Source of the DNA: Elusimicrobiota bacterium
Lineage (GTDB): Bacteria > Elusimicrobiota > Elusimicrobia > FEN-1173
Assembly: GCA_016721625.1 (NCBI GenBank)
Contig: JADKHR010000001.1
Coordinates: forward strand, 2,688,503 to 2,752,502
Reading direction: 5' to 3'
Length of the DNA stretch: 64,000 nt
The notes beneath the pieces are model-generated. The model was given only the letters and a program-made list of their open reading frames with translations, ran no database searches and had not been told where the DNA came from. This document shows, in pieces, positions 50,400 through 59,716 of the stretch. The position numbers and the translations under genes were made by a program. Every line of letters begins with the position of its first letter. Within the stretch, counting starts at the first letter, position 1.

Positions 50400-52424
50400 T
50401 TGAACTCGTCGGCCGCGCTCCGTGAACCGGGCGCGGCCGATTTTTTTTCCCACCTCCTCCGCCGTCCACTGATCCCTCTCGTGCTTTTGGCGGGAGGGGC
50501 TTTCGCGGCCTTGTCTTTCTGGTCCCCTCCGAAGGCCCCGCCGGGCCCCCTTTTGGCCGCCTCAGGCCGACCGGCGGTTTTGGTGGGGCGCGTGGCCGGT
50601 TATCCTTCGGGGCGGCCGGGAGGCGACTTTTTTCCACTGCGGGTCCGTTGGGTCCGCTTGGCCGGGGCGCCGGCGTTTCGCGGGAGAGGGGAGGTCTCGG
50701 TGTTTCGGAAAAAACCGACGGAGGCCTTCGCCTGGGGCGATTCCGTTTCCGTTTGGGGGCCCCTCGTGTCGACGGAGGGGGGCCCGCGCGGGCCCGGCCG
50801 GGCCTTGGCGCGGATTTTCGTTCCGGAGGGGAGAAGCGCCCTCCTCGGGCGGGCTTCGCCATGGAACCCGATCCGCTGGGCCGCCGCGCTCCGGACCAGG
50901 TTCCACGAATCCTTCCAACGCCATTTGCCCGGGGTCTTGGGGGACCTCCTGTGCGGGGTCGTTCTTGGCGAGCGCCCTCCCGGCCTTTCGGAATTCGCGG
51001 AAGATTTTCGCCGGAGCGGGACCTATCACCTCCTCGTGGCTTCCGGGTCCAACGTGGGGTTTGCGTTGGGGGTGTGGTGGATTTTCTCGCGCTGGGTCCT
51101 GTGGTGGCCGCGCCGATGGACCCTCGTCACCGCGCCCTTGGCCGCTTTCCTCTACGCGTTCATGGCGGGGGGGGACGCCCCCGTTCTTCGGGCGGCGGTT
51201 ATGGCGTCGGCCATTTCCGTGGGCGCGCTCCTGGGGCGCTGGGACCGTTTGGAACAACCGTTGTTCCTTTCGGCGGGAATTCTTTTGCTGTGGGACCCCT
51301 CTTCCCTCTTTAACGCGGGATTTCAAATGTCCTATGCCGCCACTCTCGCCATCGCCATGGTGTGGCGCGGGTCGGAGCCGGACACTCTGGAGACCCGTCC
51401 AGGCCCGCGTCACGGGGTGGCGCGGGTGGGCCGATGGCTTTTGGACCTCTTCGTGACCAGCCTGGCCGCTCAAATAGCGTTGGCGCCCCTTCTCCTCTAT
51501 TACTTCGGCCGTTTTTCTTGGGTCGGTCTCGCCGCCAACATGCTGGCCGTCCCCCTGGCCGGCGTGTGTCTTTCGCTCGGGGTCGGGTTGGCGTTTTTGG
51601 ACGGGTTCTGGCCCGCCGCCGCCGGTCTCTGGGCCGTCCCCACCCGGTGGGGTGCGGAATCGCTGACGGCGTAAGCGCGGCTATGCGCTCGGTGGCCAGG
51701 GGCGGAATGGCATCACACCCTGAACGGCCCCCAGGCTATGGCCCTGGCGGTGGGGATAACGGCAGGGTTCATCGCCCTCAAATTTAAGCGGCGCCGGTGG
51801 GCGGTCCTCCCCATCCTTTCCCTGGGGAGCCTGATCGTTGTTTCCGGGCTGGCGACGCCCGTCGGCCCGGAGGCTCTGGAACTGTCGTGGCGGGGAGGGA
51901 AGGCCCCCGGGGTTCGAATTCAAACGTCCGGTCGGTCCACCGTGATGGAAACCTCAACGGTTTTCCGCTCGATGGGGGATCCAGGCTCCGTCCGTCGGGT
52001 TCCATGGACATCCCACGGGTTCGACCTGGACCCGAGGTGGGTGGACGGTCGGGTGTGGACGGAGGGCGGCACCCGTTGGGAAGTGGTGCGCCCCGGCGGA
52101 AAAGACGGGTTCGCCTTTTGGTTGGAGCATGGGGGGACGAGCGCGTTCCTGAATTTCGGTCTGACCGCGCGTCAGCAAAAGGCCTGGCTCCTCGGCCCTC
52201 CGCGCGGAGCGGACCTTGTGTCTTGGTTCGGAGGGAAGGGCGGTCCCCCGACCGACCGGATGCTGGCGGTTTTGCGCCCGCGCTGGATCGTGACGCCGAG
52301 TTCCCGCGTGCCGCGGTCCGTGCGTCGGGCCGGGGTCGCGCTTTATCACCCCCGGGGCACCGACCTTCATTGGCGGGCCGAAGAATCCACCGCCGGGTTT
52401 AGACCACCTCCGCAAAATTGGTAG
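50400..52424 (+). CDS. comEC: ComEC/Rec2-family DNA internalisation channel protein, interrupted by an in-frame TAA at 51672-51674
   Basis: Competence-domain blocks FRRSGTYHLLVASGSNVGF..AFMAGGDAPVLRAAVMA..GFQMSYAATLAI..IALAPLLLYYFGRFS. ORF 51738..52424 is in the same frame, and the 21 codons between the stop and its ATG are open. Confidence 0.75.
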
Positions 52425-52425
52425 G

Positions 52426-52809
52426 ATGTCTCCCATCATGGGTTTTTCTATCGGGGTGGATATTGTGGAGGTCAAACGCGTGGCGCGGCTGGTGAAGAAC
52501 CCCCGCTTTGTCGATCGCGTTTTTTCCCCCCGGGAGGTGGCCTATTGCCGGGGAAAGAAGAATGCGGCCCAGCATTTCGCTGTCCGTTTTGCCGCGAAAG
52601 AGGCGGTGTATAAGGCGCTGGGCCGCCCGGGCGTGGCGCACAAAGAAATCTCGGTCAAAAACGACCCCACGGGTAAACCCCGCGTTGAGTTGGCCCAGCA
52701 CCTGAAATCTTTTGAAAAGCGGGTGAGCCTCACCCTCTCGCACACCGCCGAATACGCCGTGGCGGTGGCGCTCTTTCAGCCCGTTCGGCGTTCCTCTAAA
52801 GGGTCCTGA
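52426..52809 (+). CDS. acpS: Holo-[acyl-carrier-protein] synthase
   Basis: GVDIVEVKRV..FSPREVAYC......FAAKEAVYKALG..ISVKNDPTGKP..SLSHTAEYAVA. Confidence 0.9.
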   Translation: MSPIMGFSIGVDIVEVKRVARLVKNPRFVDRVFSPREVAYCRGKKNAAQHFAVRFAAKEAVYKALGRPGVAHKEISVKNDPTGKPRVELAQHLKSFEKRVSLTLSHTAEYAVAVALFQPVRRSSKGS

Positions 52810-52812
52810 GCG

Positions 52813-53697
52813 ATGGCTCCTTCGGTGACGACGTTTCGTTCCTGGCTCCCGCCCCGGCGGCCCGACGCCCACAAAAATAATTTCGGTCACGTGCTCGTGC
52901 TCGGCGGTTCCAGGGGCCTGATGGGCGCGCCTCGCCTGGCCGCCTGGGGCGCCCTCCGGGGCGGAGCGGGCCTGGTCACCATGGCGGTGCCGGAATCTTT
53001 GGAGCCCATTGCGGCCGGGGGTCCTTGGGAGGCCATGACGCTTCCGCTTCCGGAAAAAAATGGAGTCCTGTCGGTTCGGGCCCTCCCGATGGTTCGGCGA
53101 TGGATCGAGGCCCGGCGGGTGTCGGCCGTGGTTTTGGGCCCGGGTTTGGGGGGCGGGGCGGGGGTCACCGCCTTTGTGCGCGGCTTTCTCGCCACCCTCT
53201 CCGTCCCGACGGTGTTGGACGCCGACGGGTTGAACGCGCTGGCGCGCGGCGGGTTCCGATGGATCGCGGCTCCCTGGATCCTCACGCCCCACGCCGGGGA
53301 AATGGCGCGATTGCTCGGGACCTCGGCCTCCGAGGTTCAAAAAGACCGGCGCGGTTCGGCCCTCTCGGCGGCCCGTCGATTCAAAGCCGTGGTGGTCTTG
53401 AAAGGCCGCGGGACTCTCGTCACCGACGGCGATCGGGAATTTAAGAATTCCACGGGCAACCCGGGAATGGCCACCGGTGGCACGGGCGACGTTCTGGGCG
53501 GTCTCACGGCCGCGCTCCTGGGCCAGGTGTCGGCCAAAGACGTTCCCGAACGCCTTTGGCGCGCCGCCGTTTTGGGCGCCCATCTCCACGGTTTGGCCGG
53601 CGACCTGGCCGGCGCGAAAACAGGCCGGGTTTCGCTCATTGCGGGCGATGTGGCCGCCCACCTCCCCCTGGCCTTCCGCCGGACCTTCTCCGTCTGA
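52813..53697 (+). CDS. nnrD: ADP-dependent NAD(P)H-hydrate dehydratase (YjeF C-terminal type)
   Basis: HKNNFGHVLVLGGSRGLMGAPRLAAWGALRGGAGLV..GNPGMATGGTGDVLGGL. Confidence 0.85.
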   Translation: MAPSVTTFRSWLPPRRPDAHKNNFGHVLVLGGSRGLMGAPRLAAWGALRGGAGLVTMAVPESLEPIAAGGPWEAMTLPLPEKNGVLSVRALPMVRRWIEARRVSAVVLGPGLGGGAGVTAFVRGFLATLSVPTVLDADGLNALARGGFRWIAAPWILTPHAGEMARLLGTSASEVQKDRRGSALSAARRFKAVVVLKGRGTLVTDGDREFKNSTGNPGMATGGTGDVLGGLTAALLGQVSAKDVPERLWRAAVLGAHLHGLAGDLAGAKTGRVSLIAGDVAAHLPLAFRRTFSV

Positions 53698-53781
53698 AAA
53701 GAGGGAGGATATTCCCCTCCGGTCATCGTTTCGAATTGGATTTTTCCCAGGAGCGGGGGGGCCGAAACAGACCTCCCCCAG

Positions 53782-53804
53782 CCCCCTCCTAGAGAAGGAG
53801 GGGG
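53782..53804. repeat. Polypyrimidine/polypurine hairpin CCCCCTCC-N7-GGAGGGGG
   Basis: Perfect 8-bp stem in the nnrD / M20 spacer, the same style as 8863-8885 and 8938-8961. Confidence 0.55.
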
Positions 53805-53939
53805 AACCAAGCGGAAGGAACTCGAGTTGGCTTGTGAATGGGATTCCCTCCGACGACTTGGTCTCTCTGGAGGGGAGGCCCATGGACCCGCGCGGTTTCT
53901 CTTAATTTTGTAGAATAACACATCCTTCATGCGCCGACC

Positions 53940-55121
53940 TTGCCTTCTCCGCCCCCGATCGTGAACGACCGAGAGACGCTGGCCATCGCCGTTTCTCTCC
54001 GACGTAGAATTCACCAGTGTCCGGAACTGGGCGGTCGTGAATTTGAGACGACGGCTCATGTGGCCCGCGCGCTGAGGCGCGGAGGGATCCCCTTTAAAGC
54101 GCACCGACCGACGGGGCTGGTGGCCCGCCTCGAAAATGGGTCCGGCCCCTGCGTGGCTTTGCGGGCGGACCTGGACGCTTTGCCACTGACCGAAATCCCA
54201 GCCCTTCCCTTTCGCTCCCGCCGCCCCGGCGTCATGCACGCTTGCGGGCACGATGCCCACACGGCCATGATGGCGGCGGCCGCCCTTCGGCTGAAGGCCG
54301 AGGGGCTGGGCGAGCGGGGCACCGTCAAATTTTTGTTTCAACCGGACGAAGAGGGGTCGGGCGGAGCGCGGCAACTCCTTCGGCAGGGGGCCTTCAAGTC
54401 TCCCTCGGTGGACTCGGTGTTCGGTCTTCATGTGAACCCGCGGCTTCCCGCCGGCACCATCGGACTTCGCCCCGGGCCTCTCATGGCGGCGGTGGATCGG
54501 TTCACGTTGACGGTGACGGGGCAGGGGGGCCACGGCGCCTACCCCCACGAAGGGCGGGACGCCATCGCTATCGCGGCGCAGATCATCTCTTCGCTTCAAT
54601 TGATCGTGTCCCGCCGGGTGGATCCCGTGGAGCCCGCGGTTCTGACCGTGGGAACGATCCATGGCGGAGAACGGTTCAATATTTTGGCTTCAACGGTGAC
54701 GCTCACGGGAACGGTGCGGACCCTGTCGGACGACCTGCACGCCCGCCTGCCGCGCCTCATCCATGAGGTGGCCGACGGCGTGGCGCGCGCCCACGGGGCC
54801 CGCGTGGACCTAACCTACGAGATGTTGGGCCGCCCGGTGGTCAACGATCCGCGCATGACCGCGCTGGCTCGCCGCGCCGCCGTGGACGCGGTGGGAGAAC
54901 GGCGCGTGGTGGATTTGGACGGGCCCTCCATGGGCGGGGAAGACTTTTCGGAGTATCTTTATCGGGCGCCCGGGTGTTTCGCTTACCTCGGCACGGGCGC
55001 CGGCCCGTTGACCCGCCGCCCCTGGCACCATCCGTCCTTCGTTTTGCACGAACCCTCTATGTTGTCGGGCGTTAAGTTTTTAATGGCGGTGGCGCGCCGG
55101 GCCTTGAACGAAAAAGCGTGA
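53940..55121 (+). CDS. M20-family amidohydrolase (aminoacylase / hippurate hydrolase-like)
   Basis: LRRRIHQCPELGGREFETTAHV..ALRADLDALP..MHACGHDAHTAM... The start is TTG 53940 or GTG 53961. Confidence 0.85.
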   Translation: MPSPPPIVNDRETLAIAVSLRRRIHQCPELGGREFETTAHVARALRRGGIPFKAHRPTGLVARLENGSGPCVALRADLDALPLTEIPALPFRSRRPGVMHACGHDAHTAMMAAAALRLKAEGLGERGTVKFLFQPDEEGSGGARQLLRQGAFKSPSVDSVFGLHVNPRLPAGTIGLRPGPLMAAVDRFTLTVTGQGGHGAYPHEGRDAIAIAAQIISSLQLIVSRRVDPVEPAVLTVGTIHGGERFNILASTVTLTGTVRTLSDDLHARLPRLIHEVADGVARAHGARVDLTYEMLGRPVVNDPRMTALARRAAVDAVGERRVVDLDGPSMGGEDFSEYLYRAPGCFAYLGTGAGPLTRRPWHHPSFVLHEPSMLSGVKFLMAVARRALNEKA

Positions 55122-55134
55122 CGGGGGGAACGGT

Positions 55135-56166
55135 ATGGCGGGAGCGGCGGCCGGGGATCCACCTTTCGCTTTCATGGGGCGCGTGAGCCGAAAAGCCGTC
55201 GGCACGGTGGGGTCTTTGGGCGAGTGGGGGTTTTTGGCGCGGCTTCTGCCGAAGCTGTCCAAGGGACTTTCGGGTCGGGTGGCGTTGGGACCGGGGGACG
55301 ACGCGGCCCTTGTCCGGGTGGGCCGGGAAACGTGGGCCTTGACGACGGACATGCTGGTGGAGGGGGTTCATTTTCGGAAGGAATGGACCACGGGCGAAAA
55401 TTTAGGGCACAAGACCCTGGCCGTCAATTTGTCGGATCTGGCCGCCATGGGGGACGTGGCGCCTGCCGTGGGCGTTCTCTCGGCGGGGATGCCGCCGAAG
55501 ACGCCGGTCCGGTTTATCGAGGGGTTTTACCGGGGCTTTGCGCGGTTGGCTCGGGAGCACGGGTTCGAGCTGGTGGGCGGGGACACGGTTCGTTCGGATC
55601 GGCTGGTCTTCTCTCTGGCCGCCTTCGGCCGGGTGCGGGGACTGGTTTTTAAACGGTCCGGCGCTCGCGTCGGGGACGCTCTGATGGTGACGGGAACCCT
55701 GGGGGACGCGGCCGCGGGGTTGATCCTTCTGGAAAAGGGGGGGCGGCGCCGGGACTCTTTTCTCGTCCAGCGCCTCCTGCGCCCGGAACCGCGGCTGGCA
55801 TGGGCCCGGCGGCTGGCGGGGACCGGGGGCGTGACGGCGGGAATGGATTCCTCCGACGGTTTTTGGCGGAGCGTGAAGGTCCTCGGGGAATCTTCGCGCG
55901 TGGGCGCCGAGGTGTGGGCGGACCGGTTGCCGGTCTCCCCCTCGCTTCGGACCTGGGCGAAGGGTCGGGCCGAAGATTTTGCGCTGGTGGGCGGAGAGGA
56001 CTACGAGTTGGTTTTTACCGCGCGGCCCGAGGCCGTGCGCCGAATTGAGAGTTTTGGTTTTGCCCGCGAAGTGGGAAGAATCCTTCCCTCTCGCCGGGGA
56101 TTCACCGCGTTGCACGACGGACGCAAACGGGAGGTTCCCTCTGGCTTCGAGCATTTTAACGGTTAA
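55135..56166 (+). CDS. thiL: Thiamine-monophosphate kinase
   Basis: GEWGFLARL..GPGDDAALV....LTTDMLVEGVHF..GHKTLAVNLSDLAAMG..GGD (AIR-synthase-related fold). Confidence 0.9.
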   Translation: MAGAAAGDPPFAFMGRVSRKAVGTVGSLGEWGFLARLLPKLSKGLSGRVALGPGDDAALVRVGRETWALTTDMLVEGVHFRKEWTTGENLGHKTLAVNLSDLAAMGDVAPAVGVLSAGMPPKTPVRFIEGFYRGFARLAREHGFELVGGDTVRSDRLVFSLAAFGRVRGLVFKRSGARVGDALMVTGTLGDAAAGLILLEKGGRRRDSFLVQRLLRPEPRLAWARRLAGTGGVTAGMDSSDGFWRSVKVLGESSRVGAEVWADRLPVSPSLRTWAKGRAEDFALVGGEDYELVFTARPEAVRRIESFGFAREVGRILPSRRGFTALHDGRKREVPSGFEHFNG

Positions 56167-56212
56167 GAAAACCCCGGCGCTTTCCCGGGAGACAGGGAGC
56201 GAGGCCGAAACC

Positions 56213-56644
56213 ATGGCCTTCGCCCGTGAGTTGGGCGGCCATTTGAAGCCCGGCGATTGGGTGGCGCTCATGGGGGAATTGGGGAGCGGCAAGACGGCTT
56301 TTGTTAAAGGTTTGGCCGAGGCTCTGCATTTGGAGGGTGTGCCGCGGAGTCCCACCTTTTCCATTGTCCAGGTCCACCGCCCCAAACGGGGAGGGATCGC
56401 CCTTCGACACGTGGACCTCTATCGGCTCGCCCCGATGGAAATCCCCGCTCTCGAGTGGGAGGAGCTTCACCAGGATACGGGCGTTACCGTCGTGGAATGG
56501 GCGGAGAAGTGCCAATACCTATGGCCTTCCCAATGCCTTCCGATCCGACTGACCCACGAAGGTCAGGACGCACGGCTTATCGAACTCTACATCTACGGCG
56601 CTCGCTCGGAAGAACTCGTGCGGCGGCTGAAAGGCGCAAAATGA
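56213..56644 (+). CDS. tsaE: tRNA t6A biosynthesis ATPase TsaE. The true start may be a non-ATG codon upstream.
   Basis: ETMAFARELGGHLKPGDWVALMGELGSGKTAFVKG..SPTFSIVQ..HVDLYRL..VVEW. The frame is open upstream (..TPALSRETGSEAET), but I see no canonical start there. Confidence 0.85.
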   Translation: MAFARELGGHLKPGDWVALMGELGSGKTAFVKGLAEALHLEGVPRSPTFSIVQVHRPKRGGIALRHVDLYRLAPMEIPALEWEELHQDTGVTVVEWAEKCQYLWPSQCLPIRLTHEGQDARLIELYIYGARSEELVRRLKGAK

Positions 56645-57438
56645 AAATCCTCGGCATAGAAACCACCGGCGTTCACTTGGGGGGATGTCTCTGGGAAGAT
56701 TTCCGCATCCGCTCGGAGAAGTCTTTTTCGGACGGCGTCTCTCACAGCCAACGGCTGATGCCGGCTTTGGACGACATATTCAAGAAGGTGTCCTTCGGTC
56801 CCCAGGATCTGGACGCCCTGGCGGTGGACGTGGGCCCCGGCCGGTTCACGGGGATCCGGCTGGGCGTCTCCGCCGCGCGGACACTGGCTCAAACGCTCGA
56901 GAAGCCCCTGGTGGAAATGACGAGCCTGGAGGTTTTAGCGGCGGAAGGGTCCGGCTGGCAAACGGGGAAATCCTTCGTTTGGAATTTCAAGGAGGACATG
57001 CTGTGCGTTCTTCTGGACGCGCTCCGGGGCGACGTCTACATGGCGGTCTGGCGGTTTCATAAGTTGACGGAAAAAAGCCGCCGGGGGATCCCTTCCGGCC
57101 GGTCCTACCACACCTTCAGCCATCACTTCAAATTGGTCCACGCCCCCACGTTGTTCCCGTTCGACCGTTTCCTTCATTTCTTCCAAAACTGTTTTCAGAC
57201 TCAAAGTCTCCTGTTCCTCGGGTCCGCGGCCAGCCGGTATAAGAAGGAGCTGTCCAAAGCCTTTGGCCGCCGCGCTCGTTTCCGCCCGGACGTGATGGAA
57301 CCCAAACCCTTCTGGGTGGCCGCCCTGGGGTCCGAGAAGTTCTTCCGCCGCGAAGTCAAATCCTTCGCCCAGGTCCGCCCCCTCTACCTCCGCCCCTCCT
57401 ACGCCGAAGAAGCCGCCGCCAAAGCCGCCCGCCCGTAA
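56641..57438 (+). CDS. tsaB: tRNA t6A biosynthesis protein TsaB
   Basis: MKILGIETTGVHLG..HSQRLMPALDDIF..DLDALAVDVGPGRFTGIRLGVSAAR. The ATG overlaps the tsaE stop (ATGA). Confidence 0.85.
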   Translation: MKILGIETTGVHLGGCLWEDFRIRSEKSFSDGVSHSQRLMPALDDIFKKVSFGPQDLDALAVDVGPGRFTGIRLGVSAARTLAQTLEKPLVEMTSLEVLAAEGSGWQTGKSFVWNFKEDMLCVLLDALRGDVYMAVWRFHKLTEKSRRGIPSGRSYHTFSHHFKLVHAPTLFPFDRFLHFFQNCFQTQSLLFLGSAASRYKKELSKAFGRRARFRPDVMEPKPFWVAALGSEKFFRREVKSFAQVRPLYLRPSYAEEAAAKAARP

Positions 57439-57550
57439 AACGATCCCGGGGCCGGTCCACAAGACAAACCGCTACCTAACTCCTAGAAAACAAAATAGTT
57501 TAAAAGTTTAGGAAGTCCCCTTCCTTCCACAGGCCGACCTGACCGCTGAC

Positions 57551-57573
57551 GGGCCCGCACGGCGGGCCCTTTT
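57551..57573 (+). terminator. Rho-independent terminator candidate (unit 1) downstream of tsaB
   Basis: gggcccgc-acg-gcgggccc (8-bp GC stem) followed by tttt. Confidence 0.6.
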
Positions 57574-57681
57574 CCTCCCATCAGGTCGGCGCGGTCAGGC
57601 GTTCAAGTCCCCTGTTGGTTATTCTCTCTCATGTCCAGCGTGCGCGGGGGGCTTGTCTTCCAGGCCGGCCTGACCGCTGAC

Positions 57682-57704
57682 GGGCCCGCGCGGCGGGCCC
57701 TTTT
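57682..57704 (+). terminator. Second copy of the terminator hairpin (unit 2)
   Basis: gggcccgc-gcg-gcgggccc followed by tttt. Confidence 0.55.
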
Positions 57705-57771
57705 CCTCCCATCAGGTCGGCGCGGTCAGGCGTTCAAGTCCCCTGTTGGTTATTCTCTCTCATGTCCAGCG

Positions 57772-57853
57772 TGCGCGGGGGGGGACTTGAACCCCCACGC
57801 CTCTCGGCTTACGCACCTCAAGCGTACGCGTCTGCCAATTTCGCCACCCGCGC
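57772..57853 (-). tRNA. tRNA-Leu (anticodon GAG)
   Basis: The reverse complement folds as a cloverleaf: acceptor GCGCGGG/CCCGCGC, anticodon stem TACGC/GCGTA with loop TTGAGGT, a 13-nt variable arm, T arm GGGGG-TTCAAGT-CCCCC, and discriminator A. No CCA is encoded. Confidence 0.9.
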
Positions 57854-57878
57854 ACGCTGGACACGAAAAAAAAAGAAT

Positions 57879-58244
57879 CTATTTCTTTGCGGGGACCGCC
57901 GCCTTTTCAACGGCGGGTGCCGTCTCGGGCTTGACCGGGGCCACGGGGGCCGCGGCGGGCGAAGAGATGGGCGCCGGAATGGAGAATTCCCGGGTGACGC
58001 TCCGCACGCCCCGTTTGGAGCCCAGGTAAGTGAGGAGAAGAGACGAGATGAAAAAGGCCACGGCGAAGCCGGTGGTGACTTTGCGGATGAACTGAGAACC
58101 GGAGGGCGCCGAGAAAACGGCGTCGCTCCCGCCTCCCCCGAAAATTCCCGAAAACCCCGCGCCTTTCCCGGACTGCAACAGGACCGCCAGGATCACCAAC
58201 AGGCAGGCCACCACGTGGACGGAAAGCAAAACGCTGTATAACAT
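57879..58244 (-). CDS. secG: Preprotein translocase subunit SecG
   Basis: MLYSVLLSVHVVACLLVILAVLLQSGKGAGFSGIFGGGGSDAVF.. with a second TM helix and an Ala/Pro-rich tail. Confidence 0.9.
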   Translation of the reverse strand: MLYSVLLSVHVVACLLVILAVLLQSGKGAGFSGIFGGGGSDAVFSAPSGSQFIRKVTTGFAVAFFISSLLLTYLGSKRGVRSVTREFSIPAPISSPAAAPVAPVKPETAPAVEKAAVPAKK

Positions 58245-58254
58245 GAAGTCTCCT

Positions 58255-59442
58255 CTAGTTGAGCGCGGTCACGCCGGGGAGTTCCTTGCCTTCAAGGAAT
58301 TCCAGGGACGCGCCGCCGCCCGTCGAAATGTGTGAAATTTTGTCGGCCAGGCCCGTGGATTGGACGGCGGCCACGCTGTCGCCCCCGCCCACCACCACGG
58401 TGGCGCCCTTCGTTGCCGCGTCGGCGGCTAGTTTCGCCACTTCCCGGGTGCCCCGGGCGTAACGATCCACTTCAAAGATGCCCATGGGGCCGTTCCAGAA
58501 AATGGTTTTGGCCGAGGACAACGGCAGGGTCAAGCTCTGGATGGTTTTTGTCCCGATGTCCACGCCGATGGCGCCGGCGGGGATGGCTTGGTCGGCGGTT
58601 TCCCGGGCCGTTTCCGGTTTGTCGATGGCGTCCACCACGGTGTGGTCCCGAGGAAGGATGATGTTGACGTTCAGCTTGGCCGCTTTTTCCATGAGAGTTT
58701 TGGCCAGGTCCAATTTGTCCTTCTCCACCAGCGAATTGCCCACCAAAATGTTTTTTGCGAGCAGGAAGGTGTAGGCCATGGCTCCACCGATCACCAGGGT
58801 GTCCACCCGGTCGATGAGTTTGTCCAAAACCTCGATTTTGTCGGACACCTTGGCCCCGCCGACCACGGCGACAAAGGGTTTAACAGGGTGATCCTTCACT
58901 CGGCCCAGGTACTCCAATTCTTTCAGTAACAAAAACCCCGCCGCGCTGGGCAAAAGTTTGGGCACGCCGGCGGTGCTGGCGTGGGCCCGATGAACGGCGC
59001 CAAAGGCGTCTTGAACGAACAGCTCGCCCAATCCGGCTAAAGATTTGGCAAAGGCCGGGTCGTTTTTTTCCTCTTCCGCGTGAAAGCGCAGGTTTTCCAA
59101 AAGGAGGACGTCGCCGTCTTTCAGGTTTTTGACCGCAGCCTCCGCCGCGGGGCCCACGCAGTCCGGGGTGAAGGCCACGGGTTTCTTCAAAAGCTGGGAC
59201 AGGTGCTGGGCCACGGGGGCCAGGCTGTATTTCGGGTTCGGAGCGCCTTTGGGGCGGCCCAGGTGGGCCATCAGGATCACCCGCGCGCCGTTTTGGATCA
59301 GGTGGTTGACCGTAGGGAGTGAGCCTCGCACGCGGGTGTCGTCCGTGACGACGCCCTTTTCCATGGGGACGTTGTAATCGACGCGCACCAAGACGCGCTT
59401 GCCTTTGACGTTTAAATCCTTGACCGACTTAAGAGGTTTCAT
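58255..59442 (-). CDS. pgk: Phosphoglycerate kinase
   Basis: [30 protein letters not shown].. blocks. GAGGAG precedes the ATG at 59442 (alternative ATG at 59457). Confidence 0.95.
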   Translation of the reverse strand: MKPLKSVKDLNVKGKRVLVRVDYNVPMEKGVVTDDTRVRGSLPTVNHLIQNGARVILMAHLGRPKGAPNPKYSLAPVAQHLSQLLKKPVAFTPDCVGPAAEAAVKNLKDGDVLLLENLRFHAEEEKNDPAFAKSLAGLGELFVQDAFGAVHRAHASTAGVPKLLPSAAGFLLLKELEYLGRVKDHPVKPFVAVVGGAKVSDKIEVLDKLIDRVDTLVIGGAMAYTFLLAKNILVGNSLVEKDKLDLAKTLMEKAAKLNVNIILPRDHTVVDAIDKPETARETADQAIPAGAIGVDIGTKTIQSLTLPLSSAKTIFWNGPMGIFEVDRYARGTREVAKLAADAATKGATVVVGGGDSVAAVQSTGLADKISHISTGGGASLEFLEGKELPGVTALN

Positions 59443-59581
59443 AAAGGGGCTCCTCATCGAGAACCACAGCGAGAGTTCGACATGGTACTATTTCCCAACG
59501 GTAATTGTAAAGGCGGGCGCGAAGGCCCCAGGGAACGCTGACGCAAAGTCCTGTTGGAAGAAATCATCTTGACGAAAAGGT

Positions 59582-59640
59582 CGCCCCATAAATGGGGCAG
59601 CTACAAAAGGCATGGCCTGTCGGTTTCAGCGGGCGGTTCA
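59582..59640 (-). repeat. Third REP-like element (reverse complement GTAGCTGCCCCATTTATGGGGCG) with a conserved flank
   Basis: cgccccataaatggggcagctac + aaaaggcatggcctgtcggtttcagcgggcgg parallels 12788-12840. Confidence 0.6.
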
Positions 59641-59686
59641 AGGGGCACGCCGGAACAAAGTCCATTGAGGTGCTAAATTTTGAATC

Positions 59687-59716
59687 TTGACGGAAATGTC
59701 ATATATTATGTAATAT
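59687..59716 (+). promoter_or_regulatory. Sigma70-like promoter candidate for the rrf2-suf operon, inside an AT-rich island
   Basis: TTGACG (59687-59692), an 18-nt spacer, then TAATAT (59711-59716), about 43 nt upstream of the ATG at 59759. Confidence 0.4.

Larger units (their letters stand above)
57525..57782. repeat. Two tandem ~131-bp units (57525-57651 and 57658-57782, ~98% identical). Each ends with the last 11 nt of tRNA-Leu plus its 3' flank.
   Basis: Direct comparison at offset 131. The differences are a ca indel, ccgacct/ccggcct and cgcacgg/cgcgcgg. Confidence 0.9.

Noticed and set aside
57590-57620. A T-arm-like GGCGTTCAAGTCCCC in each tandem unit might indicate a second, plus-strand tRNA or tRNA-like element.
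   Set aside because: The stem has a C/C mismatch, and no matching acceptor 5' strand, D arm or anticodon arm exists at the required distances.
57525-57782. The tandem 131-bp repeats as a CRISPR array, or as attL/attR of a resident integrative element.
   Set aside because: There are only two units, with no spacers, far longer than CRISPR repeats. No cas genes, integrase or cargo lie between or near the copies.
58244-58255. pgk is followed directly by secG, with no tpiA between them.
   Set aside because: The gene order is variable among bacteria, and tpiA may simply be elsewhere. This is not evidence for anything unusual.
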